Source: a virus. Taken from it: a DNA stretch of 64,000 bases. Within the stretch, counting starts at the first letter, position 1; every line of letters begins with the position of its first letter. The notes under the pieces were generated by a model that worked only from the letters and a program-made list of their open reading frames with translations, was not told the origin of the DNA and made no database searches. The stretch covers positions 7,367 to 71,366 of IMG/VR virus record IMGVR_UViG_3300047476_001768. One strand, 5' to 3'. Shown here one piece after another: positions 10,301-22,900 of this stretch. The translations under genes were made by a program, and so were the position numbers.

Positions 10301-10888
10301 ACTGCTCCTGCCACACGTAGAATTGACCCAAGCCCAAACAACATCATTGATCTTTATGTACTAACCAAGCAATATGCAACGGATTATCAAGCATGGGCAC
10401 AAGATAGTACTAGTAGAGTGGCGCAACCTGAACAGCCTACAACAGAAGAACTACAACTTCAATACGGAACACTAGACAATTACAAAGCCATTAGCGATTC
10501 TTTGATATTTGCCAGTGCAAGATTTAAACCACTGTTTGGCACCAAAGCAGATCCTAGTCTAAGAGCAACATTCAAGGTAGTTAAGAATCCTAATGTGGTT
10601 GTAAGTGACAACGACATAAAGACTGCGGTAATATCTGCAATTAATCAATATTTTGATGTGTCCAACTGGGACTTCGGAGAGCCTTTCTTTTTCAGTGAAC
10701 TCAGCGCCTACTTACATCAAGTGCTTACTCCTAAAATTGCCAGCGTGATCATTGTGCCTTCAAACAATGGATTAAGTTTTGGTAATCTATATCAAATAAA
10801 TGCTGAACCAGATGAAATCATGATAAGTTGTGCCACAGTGGATAATGTTGAAATTATTTCGGCGATCACTGCTGCAAATCTGTTTTAA
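7376..10888 (+). CDS. gp6: Baseplate wedge subunit gp6
   Basis: 1170 aa. DFETLRKSMIDYL, ENFLDTAERRDSVLKLARLISYNP, FGDG..IP.G, ETLDDIK..AP..Y.TQNRMVT.EDY. Confidence 0.88.
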   Translation: MAATTRQTNLLIQQDWKKIYQSFQNADFQSYDFETLRKSMIDYLRTYYPEDFNDFLESSEYIALIDLIAFLGQSLAFRADLNARENFLDTAERRDSVLKLARLISYNPKRNTNATGLLKFEAVFTSENLFDSNGTNLSNLPVSWNDPGNDNWLEQFSLIINTALINSQTVGKPGNTQNISGVRTEEYSINLLPNIVPAFKFQTLVETSNMNFEVVSPTSVNQSYLYERDPNPSRVFNILYRNDNLGNDSENTGWFLYFKQGDIGQLDFTLTDSLPNRTVSVNVDNINNTDVWLFKLDANGEPTEKWTEVPNVAGFNVIYNNSLERNIYQVNTRANDQIDVVFGDGAFANIPIGTFRLYYRVSNGLSYKITPEEMQSIIIPLTYVSKAGRAETISIRASLQYTVNNASSRETLDDIKTKAPQQYYTQNRMVTGEDYNILPFTLFNNIIKIKATNRSSSGVSRYLDTIDVTGKYSSTNVFGEDGALYRQETIDAQDYVPPVNGDVVGSLNQVINNKLLVDNYVSFTQFIYEKFSRYSTRDAEVNGTIFDTNWVQLTTGTNQSTGYFTTSTNYRSAELLGSFATPVKVGTASSTALRFITKGAIIKFRASVDVTTTPAYFDKTNDIKFGTPGVAGDRVYIYATVVKIEGDGTANGIVTANTPGPISLSTFIPPGAYIEEIIPQIYNVIPNDILRSAATLVNSKKNFGLRFDQLNKVWKVIQPQDLKLSQPGSPLLGNSGINAEYNQAKAGDTTASSLDSSWLVAFVSTNLGYKLYYRQINYVFESKRETKFYFDPKVRVYDPKSAQIINDQIKVLRSNSAPDQTGSLYDDKIFFIYKMIIDADGYENTNKIYVKYPDTNRDGIPDNPDLFKEIVNPEINPTEKKIFFRKLYTAGSYITYQIIDDGVVETGFVSQADIVDVIDQYDDGQVFYASGENLFYTLIVTTVANVTSKSLESSENGETYLLLQGRQDLYFQYRHTAPATRRIDPSPNNIIDLYVLTKQYATDYQAWAQDSTSRVAQPEQPTTEELQLQYGTLDNYKAISDSLIFASARFKPLFGTKADPSLRATFKVVKNPNVVVSDNDIKTAVISAINQYFDVSNWDFGEPFFFSELSAYLHQVLTPKIASVIIVPSNNGLSFGNLYQINAEPDEIMISCATVDNVEIISAITAANLF

Positions 10889-10895
10889 TTTTATG

Positions 10896-10903
10896 ATTAA
10901 ATA
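10896..10903 (+). promoter_or_regulatory. T4-late-like promoter box ATTAAATA
   Basis: Intergenic, upstream of the giant ORF. Confidence 0.45.
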
Positions 10904-10932
10904 ATATATTAAGTTTTTGAGAGAACAAAAAG

Positions 10933-13900
10933 ATGGCCTCAATTAAAAGTATTAATTTACTACCAGAAATATTTAGATCCGATACCAACAAGAAATTTTT
11001 GGCTGCAACGGTTGATCAGTTGATTTCAGAACCTGGTCTTAAAAAAATTGACGGATTTGTAGGACGTAAATTTGCTCCAACTTTCAAATACAATGATTCT
11101 TATATAGAAGAACCCACACAAGACAGACAAAATTATCAGCTTGAAGCCAGTTTTGTAGTTCAGGATCAAAACAAAAATGTAGAATTTTATTCTAGCTATA
11201 TTGATCTGATTCAAAAAATTAATTATTACAGTGGACTGACCAATGATCACAGTAGATTGTTTGAAAACGAAAGCTACAACTTTAATGGTTTGTTTGATTT
11301 TGATAAATTTGTTAATTTCAATCAATACTATTGGCTCCCTGATGGTCCTCCGGAAGTAGCAGTAAGTGCCAGTGCTATTACAGAAGTATTAAATTTTTCT
11401 GTGCTTCGCGACACAAAACAAACAGCTTATACATTTTCTAATGACGCCAGAGATCCTAATCCTGTTCTTACTTTAATCAAAGGCAATACCTATAGGTTCA
11501 CATTAAATCAGCCAGGTAATGGATTTTGGATTCAAACCGAGCCAGGCAAAACTGGCACCAGATCAACTGAAGCCGAAGCTTTATCAAGAGAAGTATTTGG
11601 TGTTGAAAACAACGGCGAAGACAGTGGTGTCGTGGTGTTCTCTGTACCAGCATCAACTGCACAAGACGACGAACGATTTGCATCAAGAATAGCCACAGTA
11701 AACTATGCTACAGACTTGCCGTATGCCAGAGTTCAGAATCACCTTCTCACAATAATTAAACAAGCAGGCGGGATTGATGGCGCTACTGCTAGGTCTTTAA
11801 ATGGATCTACTTTGATATTTCTTTCAAGGTCAGACAACGATACTGATTGGACAGACAAAGGTACCTTTGATTTTGATAGATACGATCAAGGATCACCTTA
11901 TGTTGATGGCACGTACGAACAAGGTGATCTATTAGAAGCATCAAAAAGATATGACATTTTTCGTATTAGAATAACAAATGTAGGAACCAATAATGGTTTA
12001 GTGCAACTGGAGCATCTGCAATCTGTAAACACCAATGAAAAAGTTTATGTTAGTGGAGGCACTAATAATGCTGGCGTTGAATTTATAAAAAATGCTGAGG
12101 GCTATTGGGAGAGGGTGAAACAAATTACATCTCCTCTTACAGAATTGTATTACCAAGATGCCAACAGCGACAGCTACAGCGGTGTTATTAAACTTATTGA
12201 GCCTACTGATGCACGATTGGATGTTGAAGGAGTAATTCTTGGCAGAAAAAACTACACAAGTCCAAACGGTGTAAGATTTACCAACGGATTAAAAATACGA
12301 TTTGACAGTACTGCATTTCCTAGCGAGTATGCGAATAGTGTGTATATTGTTGAAGGTGTAGGTAAAAGCATACGATTGGTTGGTACCGGAAATCTCACAG
12401 TGCCAGAAGACTATGCGCTAAACGATAATCTTGCCACCCCTGACTATATCACAGTGTCAAGAGGAAGTAAAGATCTAAATGCATGGAGTAGAAGCAACCG
12501 TTGGTTCCACAGCGAATTGATTGAATTGGCAGCCCAATACAATAATGACCCAAATCTTTTGCTTGATACTCCAGTAAGAGCAGTACGTCCAATTATTGAA
12601 TTTGAATCAGATCTATATCTGTTCAATTACGGACAAAGATCCAAAGCACCAGTAGATGTGTTGGATTATACAATCACAGATGCGTTTAAAGAAGTTGAAG
12701 GCAAAGAAACTTATGTGATCACTTTGCCTAATAATGTGTCACGTCCATTAACTGATGGCACAAGAATAATATTTGCTGCTGATAAAAATCCTGAAGTTAG
12801 AAATAAAATTTTTAAAGTAACGTTTATTTCTATTGCAGACAGAACACAGATTCATTTGGTTAGCGAAAATACCGAGCTGTTGCCTACTTACACAGTGTCT
12901 TCTACACAGATAATAGAAGATACCACAGTGGCTTTTATAGGCGGAAATCCAGATTTTCCTGCCACTGCTACACTTATTGTGGATCCTGTTACTGGTGAAA
13001 TACAAGATTTAGTTTTTAGCAATGTTGGCGTTAATTACAGAAGCATCCCAGAAGTTGGTTTTGTTGGTGGTGGCGCAGGGGTCGGAGCAGAAATCACAGT
13101 CACAGTTGAAAACGGATCAATCAGCGATTACCAAATTGTTTCAAGAGGTATAGACTACTCAGTCGCTCCTTTATATGATTTTGTCCCTACAGTAACTTTC
13201 TCTAGACCTGTGCCCAGCATTGGCGCAGTACAAGCCACAGGTACGGCAGTAATGGAACCTACCAGTGTAGACAATATTACTGTAGGCTACAGAGGATTAA
13301 ATTTTGTCGCAGATCCATATGTTAAAATTGATACCCCTAACACACAAGATGCACGTATTGATCCTGTGTATTCTGCCTACAAGCATGTGGATTATGTGCG
13401 TATCACCAGCAGTGGATCGGGCATTGGAACCATAGCCACGGCCAATATTGGTAGTCCTAATAGCCTAGAAAAATTAACAGTTTACGCAAACGCAGCTACT
13501 TTTACCAGCAACATCATTGTACTAGATAATACCACCGGACTGGCAGCCGGGCAATTGATTTACGGCAGCGGAATCACCGGCGGCACAGTTATTAACAATG
13601 TGCTAGGTGCAAACTCAATTTTAATTTCTAGTCCTGCGTCATTGTCAAATGATGTACAGTTGGTTTTTAAAGCATCTGAAGCAACAGCAGTAACTCTTAG
13701 AGCTGTGTATGGAAATAGCGCAGTTTTCAGTACTCAGTTGTTATCTTTAAATTCTGTCACAGGACTTGCTACTGGATATAAAATCTATGGCGACGGTGTG
13801 CCAGTGGACGCCACAGTTGACGATATTTTTGGCAACTTGGTGGTAAAAATTTCAGACTTGGTACAAGTTCAAAACAATCGTAATTTTATTTTTAAACCAG

Positions 13901-16900
13901 CCGGGGTTCAAACTGCAACTGTGGTGGCCACTTCTAGAAATAGTACAACCGTTACTGTTGATAATAGCAATGTGGCCGGAATTGACATGTACATCACTGG
14001 CGGGGCACTGCCACTTGACATTGCAAATATTGAAATTGATAACCCGGTAATTCTTACTACCACTGATGCACACAATCTGATTGACGGTGACGAAATCACC
14101 ATCAGAGGTGTACTAGGCACAGTTGAGATGAATAACAATACCTATTGGGTAGAAATCGTTGATCCTTTTACACTGCGTTTGTATGCAGACGAAGCACGTT
14201 CTGTAACCCTTGACGGTAGAAATTATACCACATATATCAGTGGGGGTGTTGCGGCAGCTTTTACAATTGAATCAGATATAAAAGTTGTACAATTGTTGGA
14301 TGAAAATCGTGTGGTGCTATCAAGACCGGTAAGCGTAAAAGTTGGCACTACTGTGGCTTTTGTGGGACGGCGAGCACAAGCCACAGTTTACACAGACGGT
14401 AGTGAAGCTTATGCAATCGCTGTAACTGACCCTGGTGCAGGTTACACCTCTGTTCCATCTATTACCATCTCCCCTTCAGGCATTTCAGAAGCAACTGCCA
14501 CGGTTGTACTCAATAACGATGTACTTGAGTATTTTAAAGTGGTTTCGGCCGGCTCCGGATATCAAATCAATCAAGATCTAACTACCAGCATTATTACTAG
14601 CGCCACTTTAACCACAGCGTCTACTACATCATATCAAAGTAATACACTGATTGTAACCAATATACCCGAAGCTACTTATGTTAAAGAAGATTGGTTGGTT
14701 TTTCTAGTAGTAGAAGAAAATGAAAATATCAGTTATAGAGATTTTTCAAGAGTTCCGTACGTAAGCACAGATATTACTGGACCAAATTCCAATTTATATC
14801 AGTATTATATGGATGTGGCACTGACACAGGCCAACATTCTTAAAGTAACTGGAGTACAAGAAGTTCTTGATAGTAATCTTGAAACGCAGTATGAAATCAC
14901 TCTTGATGGTATCATTGACAGTTTGGATTCAGACGGCGAACCAATTGACTTACCGGCAGGTACAAAAATCTTTATCACAGCCAAAAATAGATTTTTTGTT
15001 GAAGGATTCTTTGGTGACAATAATCCTATTGGAGATGTCAAGAGTAATTATTTTATAAAACAACCAGTAAACAACACTTCTTTGGTTGTGCTTGAAGATG
15101 TCACTGGATTGCAAAAAGGAATGTTGATAAACGACCTTGCTGACTCTCTTGGTGAAGGTTTGATTATTGAAACTGTAAATGCGGTTAGTAACGAAATCAC
15201 TTTAAACAGAAGAATAAATGCAGCAGCAGGACTAGCATTACAAGCATCAACTGCCACTGCGGCAACTGTTAATCTTAACCCAAGTAAAATTCAAGCAATT
15301 GCAGTTGACAACATTGGCGCAGAATACACTTCAGCTCCCCTAATCACAGTTGAACCAGCTGTGCCGTCGGTGGTAAAGTTAGCATCCAGTTTTGGTACAG
15401 ATAGACTCTTGGTATCTGACCTAGATGGTATAATTGTTGGCATGACGGTAACCAGCGAGTATAACACATCCGGCAATGGAGTAACCACTGGCTCTATTGT
15501 ACCAAAAGTAATTGGAGTAGATACTATTCAAATTGGTGCTGCTGTATTTGAATATTATGTAATATTAAATCAAGTTCAGCCAGAATTTGCTGGACTGCTG
15601 GTTACATTTAATTATGCTACCAAAGCCATAGCTCTCATAGCAGATGCACGATCAAGAGTGGTCAATACTAATGATGTAACTCCTGATACTTATGAAAGCG
15701 ATGATACGGTTATTGTGTCTCTACCAACCACCGGACAAAATGCAATTAAACAAAAACAAATTGGAGTAAATGTTTACAATCAATATTGGTACACAGGCGA
15801 AGAATGGGTTCCTGCACAGCAAAAAACATCTTACAATCAATCACCTTTGTTTGATCTGTTTAACGACGACGGAGTTTCTATTTCTGATACTGCGGCATTC
15901 CTTGGGTCTAAATTTGAAGGGACAAAGATATTTTCCTATCTTGAAGGCACTGGTCAAAGAGACGCAGCATTAGGATTTTCATTAAGTTATAAAAATTTCC
16001 AAAATGTTGGAGATATTGTTTTTGCAAACAATTATGATACTGATAGTTTTGCTTTTATTGAGAACAAACTGTCTACATCATTACCTCTAAACCAATTTTT
16101 ATTCAAACAAAAAACAGACAGTGGATTTGTTTATAGAAATATTTGGAAAAAAACCGCAGAAAAAACCAAACAATATCAAATTATTACAAAATTTTTTGAT
16201 GGAAATACAAATTACTTCCAAATAGACATTGACCCTAATGCTAGTGAAACTATTCCTTATCTGAAAGTTTATGTTGATAACAGACTGTTAGCAGAATCTT
16301 CATACACAGTTACAAAGTATGAACAACTGGATGTGATAGTAATTGATGAGTCTGAATTAAGTTTTGACCCGCCAAGCAAGGTTGATATTTTAATTTTTAG
16401 TTCTAGTGTTTCGGAGCTGGGTTATTATCAACTGCCATTAAACATTGATTTAAACACCGAAAATAAAAATTTTAACACACTGACTCTTGGACAACTAAGA
16501 CAACATCTAGTGGCAATGAGTCAAAACAACTACGGATTGTCTGGCAATATTTTAGCTAAAAATAATCTTAGAGACCTTGAAATTAAAGATTGGACCGGTT
16601 GCATTTTACAACATGCTTCTCCAGCGATGTACAGTGGACTGGCATTCGGAGATCAAGGTTTTGAATTCGTTGAAGCTATTGAATATGCTCAAAAAGAGTA
16701 CACCAAATTTAAAAATAAATTTTTAGATCAAGCTCTAAAAGTTGAGATAAACGTAAGCAATATTCCTGAAGCAGTTGACAAGGTAATGGAAGTGGTAAAT
16801 CTGGGTAAAAACACCACCATGCCCTGGTACGACAGTGACATGATTCCCTATGGCAAGGCCTTTACAAATAGCAGAATTCCAGTAGTTGATATTAGGCAGT

Positions 16901-19900
16901 TAAGATATCAAATTCCAAGTTTGTATAATGACACCGTGCCAAGCAGACGTAGTGTATTGGTGTATCTAGGAGATACTGCCACAGGCACCTATGTACAGTT
17001 GGCAAAAAATAAAGATTTTACTTTTAATCAAACCATTGCTGCGATTGACTTATCTGAAACAGTGTCTTTAACCTATACATCATACATTGAATTGATTGAT
17101 AGACCTAGCACAGTAGGAAGTTATGTGCCTGAAACACCTAGCAAACTGGGACTGTATCCAAGTTATGTTCCAAGAATGTTCGTTGATGATAGCTACCAAA
17201 CTCCAAGACAAGTGATACAAGGGCATGACGGTAGTATCATGCCAGCCTTTGGGGACTATAGAGACGATCTACTATTGGAACTTGAATTAAGAATTTACAA
17301 CAATATCAAGGTAAGATATACCAATACCATATTGGACATAGTTGATAGTATTCCTGGTAAATTCAGGAAAATAAACTACTCTCTAGCAGAATTCAACCAA
17401 CTACTGTCAAGAAATTTCTTACGTTGGGTTGGAATTAATTCGGTTAATTATTCTACAAACGATACCTTCCAAAGTAACAATGCATGGACCTGGAACTACA
17501 AGTTCTTGAAAGATAGCAATGGCGAATTTCTACCAGGGTTCTGGAGAGGAATTTATTTCTATTATTTTGATACGGATCGGCCACATCTTGCACCTTGGGA
17601 AATGTTGGGATTTTACGAACAACCAAGCTGGTGGGAAGATCGTTATGGTCCAGCACCGTACACCGGTACAAACACTGTACTGTGGGATGATCTAGAACTA
17701 GGCTTTATTGCACAAGGCACCAGACAAGGTGTTGACTCTAGATTTGCTAGACCAGGATTATCACGATATATTCCAGTTGATGAGTATGGTCAACTAAAAA
17801 GCCCAGAAAAATTTGCTCCGGCGAGTTTTGATGCAACACGATTAAGTTCTGGTTGGGCGATCGGAGATCAAGGTCCAGTTGAAACAGCCTGGAGAAGAAG
17901 CAGCGAATATCCGTACGCACTTCAGGTTGCCATAGCACTAAGTAGACCAGCGTTTTATTTTGGATCTCTCATGAATACTGTTGGGTATCTGCGCAACAGT
18001 AATATAGATCAATTGGTGCTGTCAGATACCAAACAAAGAATCAACAAAGACAATTTTGTAATACCTGATGATGGACTGAATTCAGGAGTGGTGACTTTAA
18101 CCGCAGGATACATCAACTGGGTAAGAGATTGGTTCACAAACAAAGCCATAGACGGAACAGCCAAGATTACTAGTCTTGTGAGAAATCTTGAAGTAAAGCT
18201 CAGTTATAAGATGGCCGGTTATAGCGACAACAACTTCCTTACTGTGGTTGCAGATCAAAGTTCTCCAGTGAGCAGAGCCAGCAGCATAATTTTACCTCCA
18301 GAAAATTATAAAATTTTCTTAAACAAATCTGCTCCTGTAGAAAAAATTTCTTACAGTGCAGTGGTTATTGAAAGAACTGCTACAGGCTTTGCAGTACGTG
18401 GGTATGATCTAGAACAACCATATTTCACAATAATTCCTAGCAAGCGTAATAATAATGCGTTCTCTATAAGTGCCATTGAAGAAACTGCAATTATCTATAG
18501 AGATTTTGAATTTACCAAAGTAATTGTTCCTTATGGATTTGAATTTGCCACGAAGCAACAGGTTGTGGATTTTCTAATCAGTTATGGTAGATATTTAACT
18601 GCGCAGGGTTTGGTGTTTGATACCTTTAATGCCGATCTTGAAACAAAACAGACCTGGATTTTAAGTGCGCAGGAATTTCTAGTGTGGAGCCAACAAGGTT
18701 GGGCCAGCGGCAATCTTTTGGTATTAAGTCCAGTATTCAACAGTATCAAAATTATTAACACTGCTGGTGTGGTTGATCATGTGGTTAATTCCATAAGTGC
18801 AAGTAAAATTCTTGATCAAAATTTTAATATAATCAAGAACAGTCAGTTTTCAGTATTGCGAGATGATAATGTTTTCCAAATAACCTCTGTGTTTGGGCAT
18901 ACCATCGGATTGGCCGTGTTTAATCTTGTGCAATACGAACATGTGTTGTTGATGGATAATAACACCGTGTTCGGAGATATTATCTATCAACCTGAACTTG
19001 GAAACAGACAGTACCGTTTACGACTGATAGGAAACAAAACCAATAACTGGACTGGTCAGTTGAATCCTGGTGGATTTATTTACAATAACGATATTATTGA
19101 TGAATGGCAGCCTGGTAGAAACTATAGAAAAAGTGCGTTGGTTAGTTTTAAAGAAAAGTTTTATTTTGCAATTAGCGAAGTACCTGCTTCGGTAGAATTT
19201 GATTTTACCTATTGGAGCAACATTGATAAATCAAAGATCAAAACAGGACTGTTACCAAACTTTTCTTATAATGCTGAAAAATTCAACAATGTCTATAACA
19301 TTGATGACACTGTTGCAGATGCTGCACTTGACAGTTTAAGTTCAGGTATAACTGGTTTTAGAGAAAGATCATATTTTCAGGACTTTAAACTTGACAATGT
19401 GAGTCAGACTAAATTTTATCAAGGGTACATCAAACAAAAAGGTTCTATTAATGCGATTGACGCATTAACCACCGCACGGTTTAATAATCTTTTTAGTAAT
19501 ATCGAACTGTATGAAGAATGGGCTCTAAGAGTAGGCGATTATGGTGCTTTGGGCAGCGACCAGGCTGTGGAGTTTCAACTACTAGAACAAGACTTAAAAA
19601 ATAACCCATCAACACTGGTTCTAAAAAACAAAACCGATCCAGATCAAGAAGGACTGATTAATGTAGAGATTGGACAGTTGTACTATGCACCAGATAATTT
19701 CATTGACAAGAATGTTATTTCTCTAAGACAAGATGTTAAGACCAGAGTATCTGATGCAGTAACCGCTGGGTATCCTAGACTTGATGACGTTGATGCAACA
19801 ATTTTTGATATCACAGACTATGCCAGCTATGCAGATCTTGTGAACATAATAGGCGCTGGATTTAAAATTTGGGTAGCCAGAGACTTTAATAAAGATTGGA

Positions 19901-22900
19901 ATGTTTACAGAGTAAATGAAACTGATGTTTTGATAAACCAGTTTCAAATTGGACTGGACAACAGAATAACTGTAACCACTAATGTTCCGCATGGTCTCGT
20001 AGCAGGCACCGTTATAATTGTGAAAAATTTTGATACTGATTACAACGGTTTCTACCAGGTAATAGCAGTAACCAATAATGATCAGTTTGTGGTAGAAGGA
20101 TATCAAAATCTACAGAGACTGCGTTCTCAGCAATTTGTTGATGGCACCGGAGTGTTACTTTCTCTAACATCAGTAAGATTTTCAAGAATAAATCAATTGG
20201 TAAACTTTGTGCCTAGACACGGCTGGAGAGACAAGGACAAGATTTGGGTTGATAATGATGTAGGCGACAAACTATGGGCAGTGTTTGAGAAGAACGCAGG
20301 TTGGAGCTTTGACAAAATTTTGCCTTTGCGAGAAGGAGAAGCACAGTCGCAACAGGGGTACGGCGAAGCCATCGCTATTAACAATGATCAAAAAATTGTG
20401 ATCAGTGGTGCCAAAGATTATTCAGATGGCGGAGTTTCTGGACTGAGAGTCTTAAACCCTGGATTTTTGTATGATGTTCCTGAAGCAACTTTTAGTTCTC
20501 CGGACTTAGAAAATGGAAAAACCGTTACAGCCACATTGGACACAGAATCTGGTACTTTGTTGACAGCAAGACTGACTGCCGCAGGAAGTGATTATGATCT
20601 GCTGCCTAATATTGAAATTGTTGATTTTAATCTTGCTGTTACTTCAGCAAACACTTATCAAAGCAATACCATTCCTATATCTTCACTTAGTGTAAGTGTT
20701 ACCAAATTGGTATATTCTGATGTAGTAGATTCTAAGAGTGTGATATTAGCCAACTCAAATGACATTTGGGTAGGCGACACAGTTACAGGCAGCGACGGCG
20801 CAGGTAACACTGTGGCAGCGGCAATAGTGGCAAATATCAATTACTCAAGTAACACAATTACTTTAACTGATAGTATCACATGGTCTATTGTCAATTCGCA
20901 ATCTCTTACTTTCACACATTCTAGAGTGTTTTTAAATGATATTGTGACTGGTACTGATGCCACCGGCAATGTGATTCCAGAGAATACAAAAATCACTGCT
21001 ATCAACACTTTAACAAACACAGTTGAAACAGGCCCGATACTGATTAATTTTGATGGCGGGTCTACACTGAGTTTTTCGCGTGGTACCGGCGGTAACGTAC
21101 AGGCAAGATTGTCTCCAACATTTATTTCAAGTGTGGAAGTAATAAACGGAGGCAGCGGATTTGTTACTCCGCCAATTGTGGAAATTGTTGGCGGTGGCGG
21201 AACTGGTGCACAAATAATAGTGAATTTGGTAACCACCGGCGCAGGAACAGGCTCTATTAGCTCCTGCACTATCCTGAACCCAGGTACTGGCTTTACCCTA
21301 CCACCTGAAATAAATCTTATTACAACCAATGCCAATCATGGAGCGATTCTTAGAGTGAAGCTAGCTCCTAGTGGAGTAGAGAACCTGGTGGTGGCGGCTG
21401 CCGGACAAGATTATCGCTTTCCTAGATTGCAGTTTTCTACGGTATCTGGCGGTGCTGGATCAGGTGCCGCCGGTAATGTTAATGTTACTAACGGATCTGT
21501 GACTATCGCTCGACTTAGAGAATTCGGGCAAGGATACTCAGACACCCCCACAGTGATAATTACAGATTCTGTTGGGAATGGTGCTGGGTGCGAATTGGAG
21601 ATCGTAAGAACCACTGGAGCGGTAAGAACCTTTCAACTAGAGGAAGGCAGTTTCACTCAAGTGCAAAATCTAAGTGCATTTGGTCTTGATGCTGAAGAAT
21701 TTGGATTCACGTTAGATCTAGGTAGTGCATATGGATTTGTTGGAGCTCCTGGAAGTTTTAATCAACAAGGTGCAGTGTTAATATCCAAGAGTACTGGTTC
21801 TAACTGGATATCTCAACAGGTATTAAATCCTGCCGACCTTGAAAACAATGATAGATTTGGACATGCATTGGTTGTGTCGGATGACGAAAACTGGTTATAT
21901 GTTGGTGCACCGGGTGCAAACAAAGTTTATGTGTATACTGCTAAAACCACATCAACTAATCAGCAGAAAATAGAAATTATAACCAACCAAATCAGTTATA
22001 TTACCAATTATGTTTTGGTTAAAACCAGCGCAGAAGTAAAAGTTGTAGGCGACTCTGGTAAACTATACGAACCAGATTTTGATTATACCGTGATAGCAGG
22101 TGTATTGACCTTTAGAAATTTTGGAACCATTGAAAACGAAAAATTCCTATACCTATCACAGATATATCCTACAACTGCTATCACACCAACGGTGATTAGA
22201 GGAATTTTGCAAACTTCCTATGTACTGGCTACCACTCCTGTAGAAATTGAGCAGATAAACGTGGTAGGTGCTACTGGTAGAATCTTTATTCCAGATCTTG
22301 ATTACACCTTGACTGGAGTTACACTGAATTTCCTTAATGATGATTTTGCCACCGAGGCTAGTTTGGCTGTGAATGTGTTAACCAAGTATTATATTTTGGT
22401 TACCACACTTGAACCAACAGATCAGGTTATCTGGGAAGACGGGGTACAATTTAACAGTGTAGCAAGGCAACTGTTAGCAGCCACAGTAAACACCTATGGT
22501 GCAATGGTCGCTGGTAGTTATCAGGTTGGCGATATTATTAAAGTTTTGAATACTGATGGAGCCAGTGCAGGATCATATCAGTTGTATAAAAAACTTGCTG
22601 GCGGTGCTTTTGCTTTGCAAGGAACCGAAAATCGCAAGGTAACTAGGGGAGTGGCAAAATTTGGCTGGTCACTGGCTATAGATAAAGAAGGATACCAAGT
22701 GGTCGTAGGAGCTCCTCAAGCAGGCGCAACTGATAACGACACTGACATCATTAGAGTAGGTAAAATTTATATCTTTGACCGAGAGTACCAGGTGTTTGTT
22801 GGTTCAGTTGCAACAAACACCAATACTTATAAAACCTTGAGAGATATTGTAGGAGTTACAAAAATAACCATTGACGGGTTTGAACTTGTTCAAGGAATTG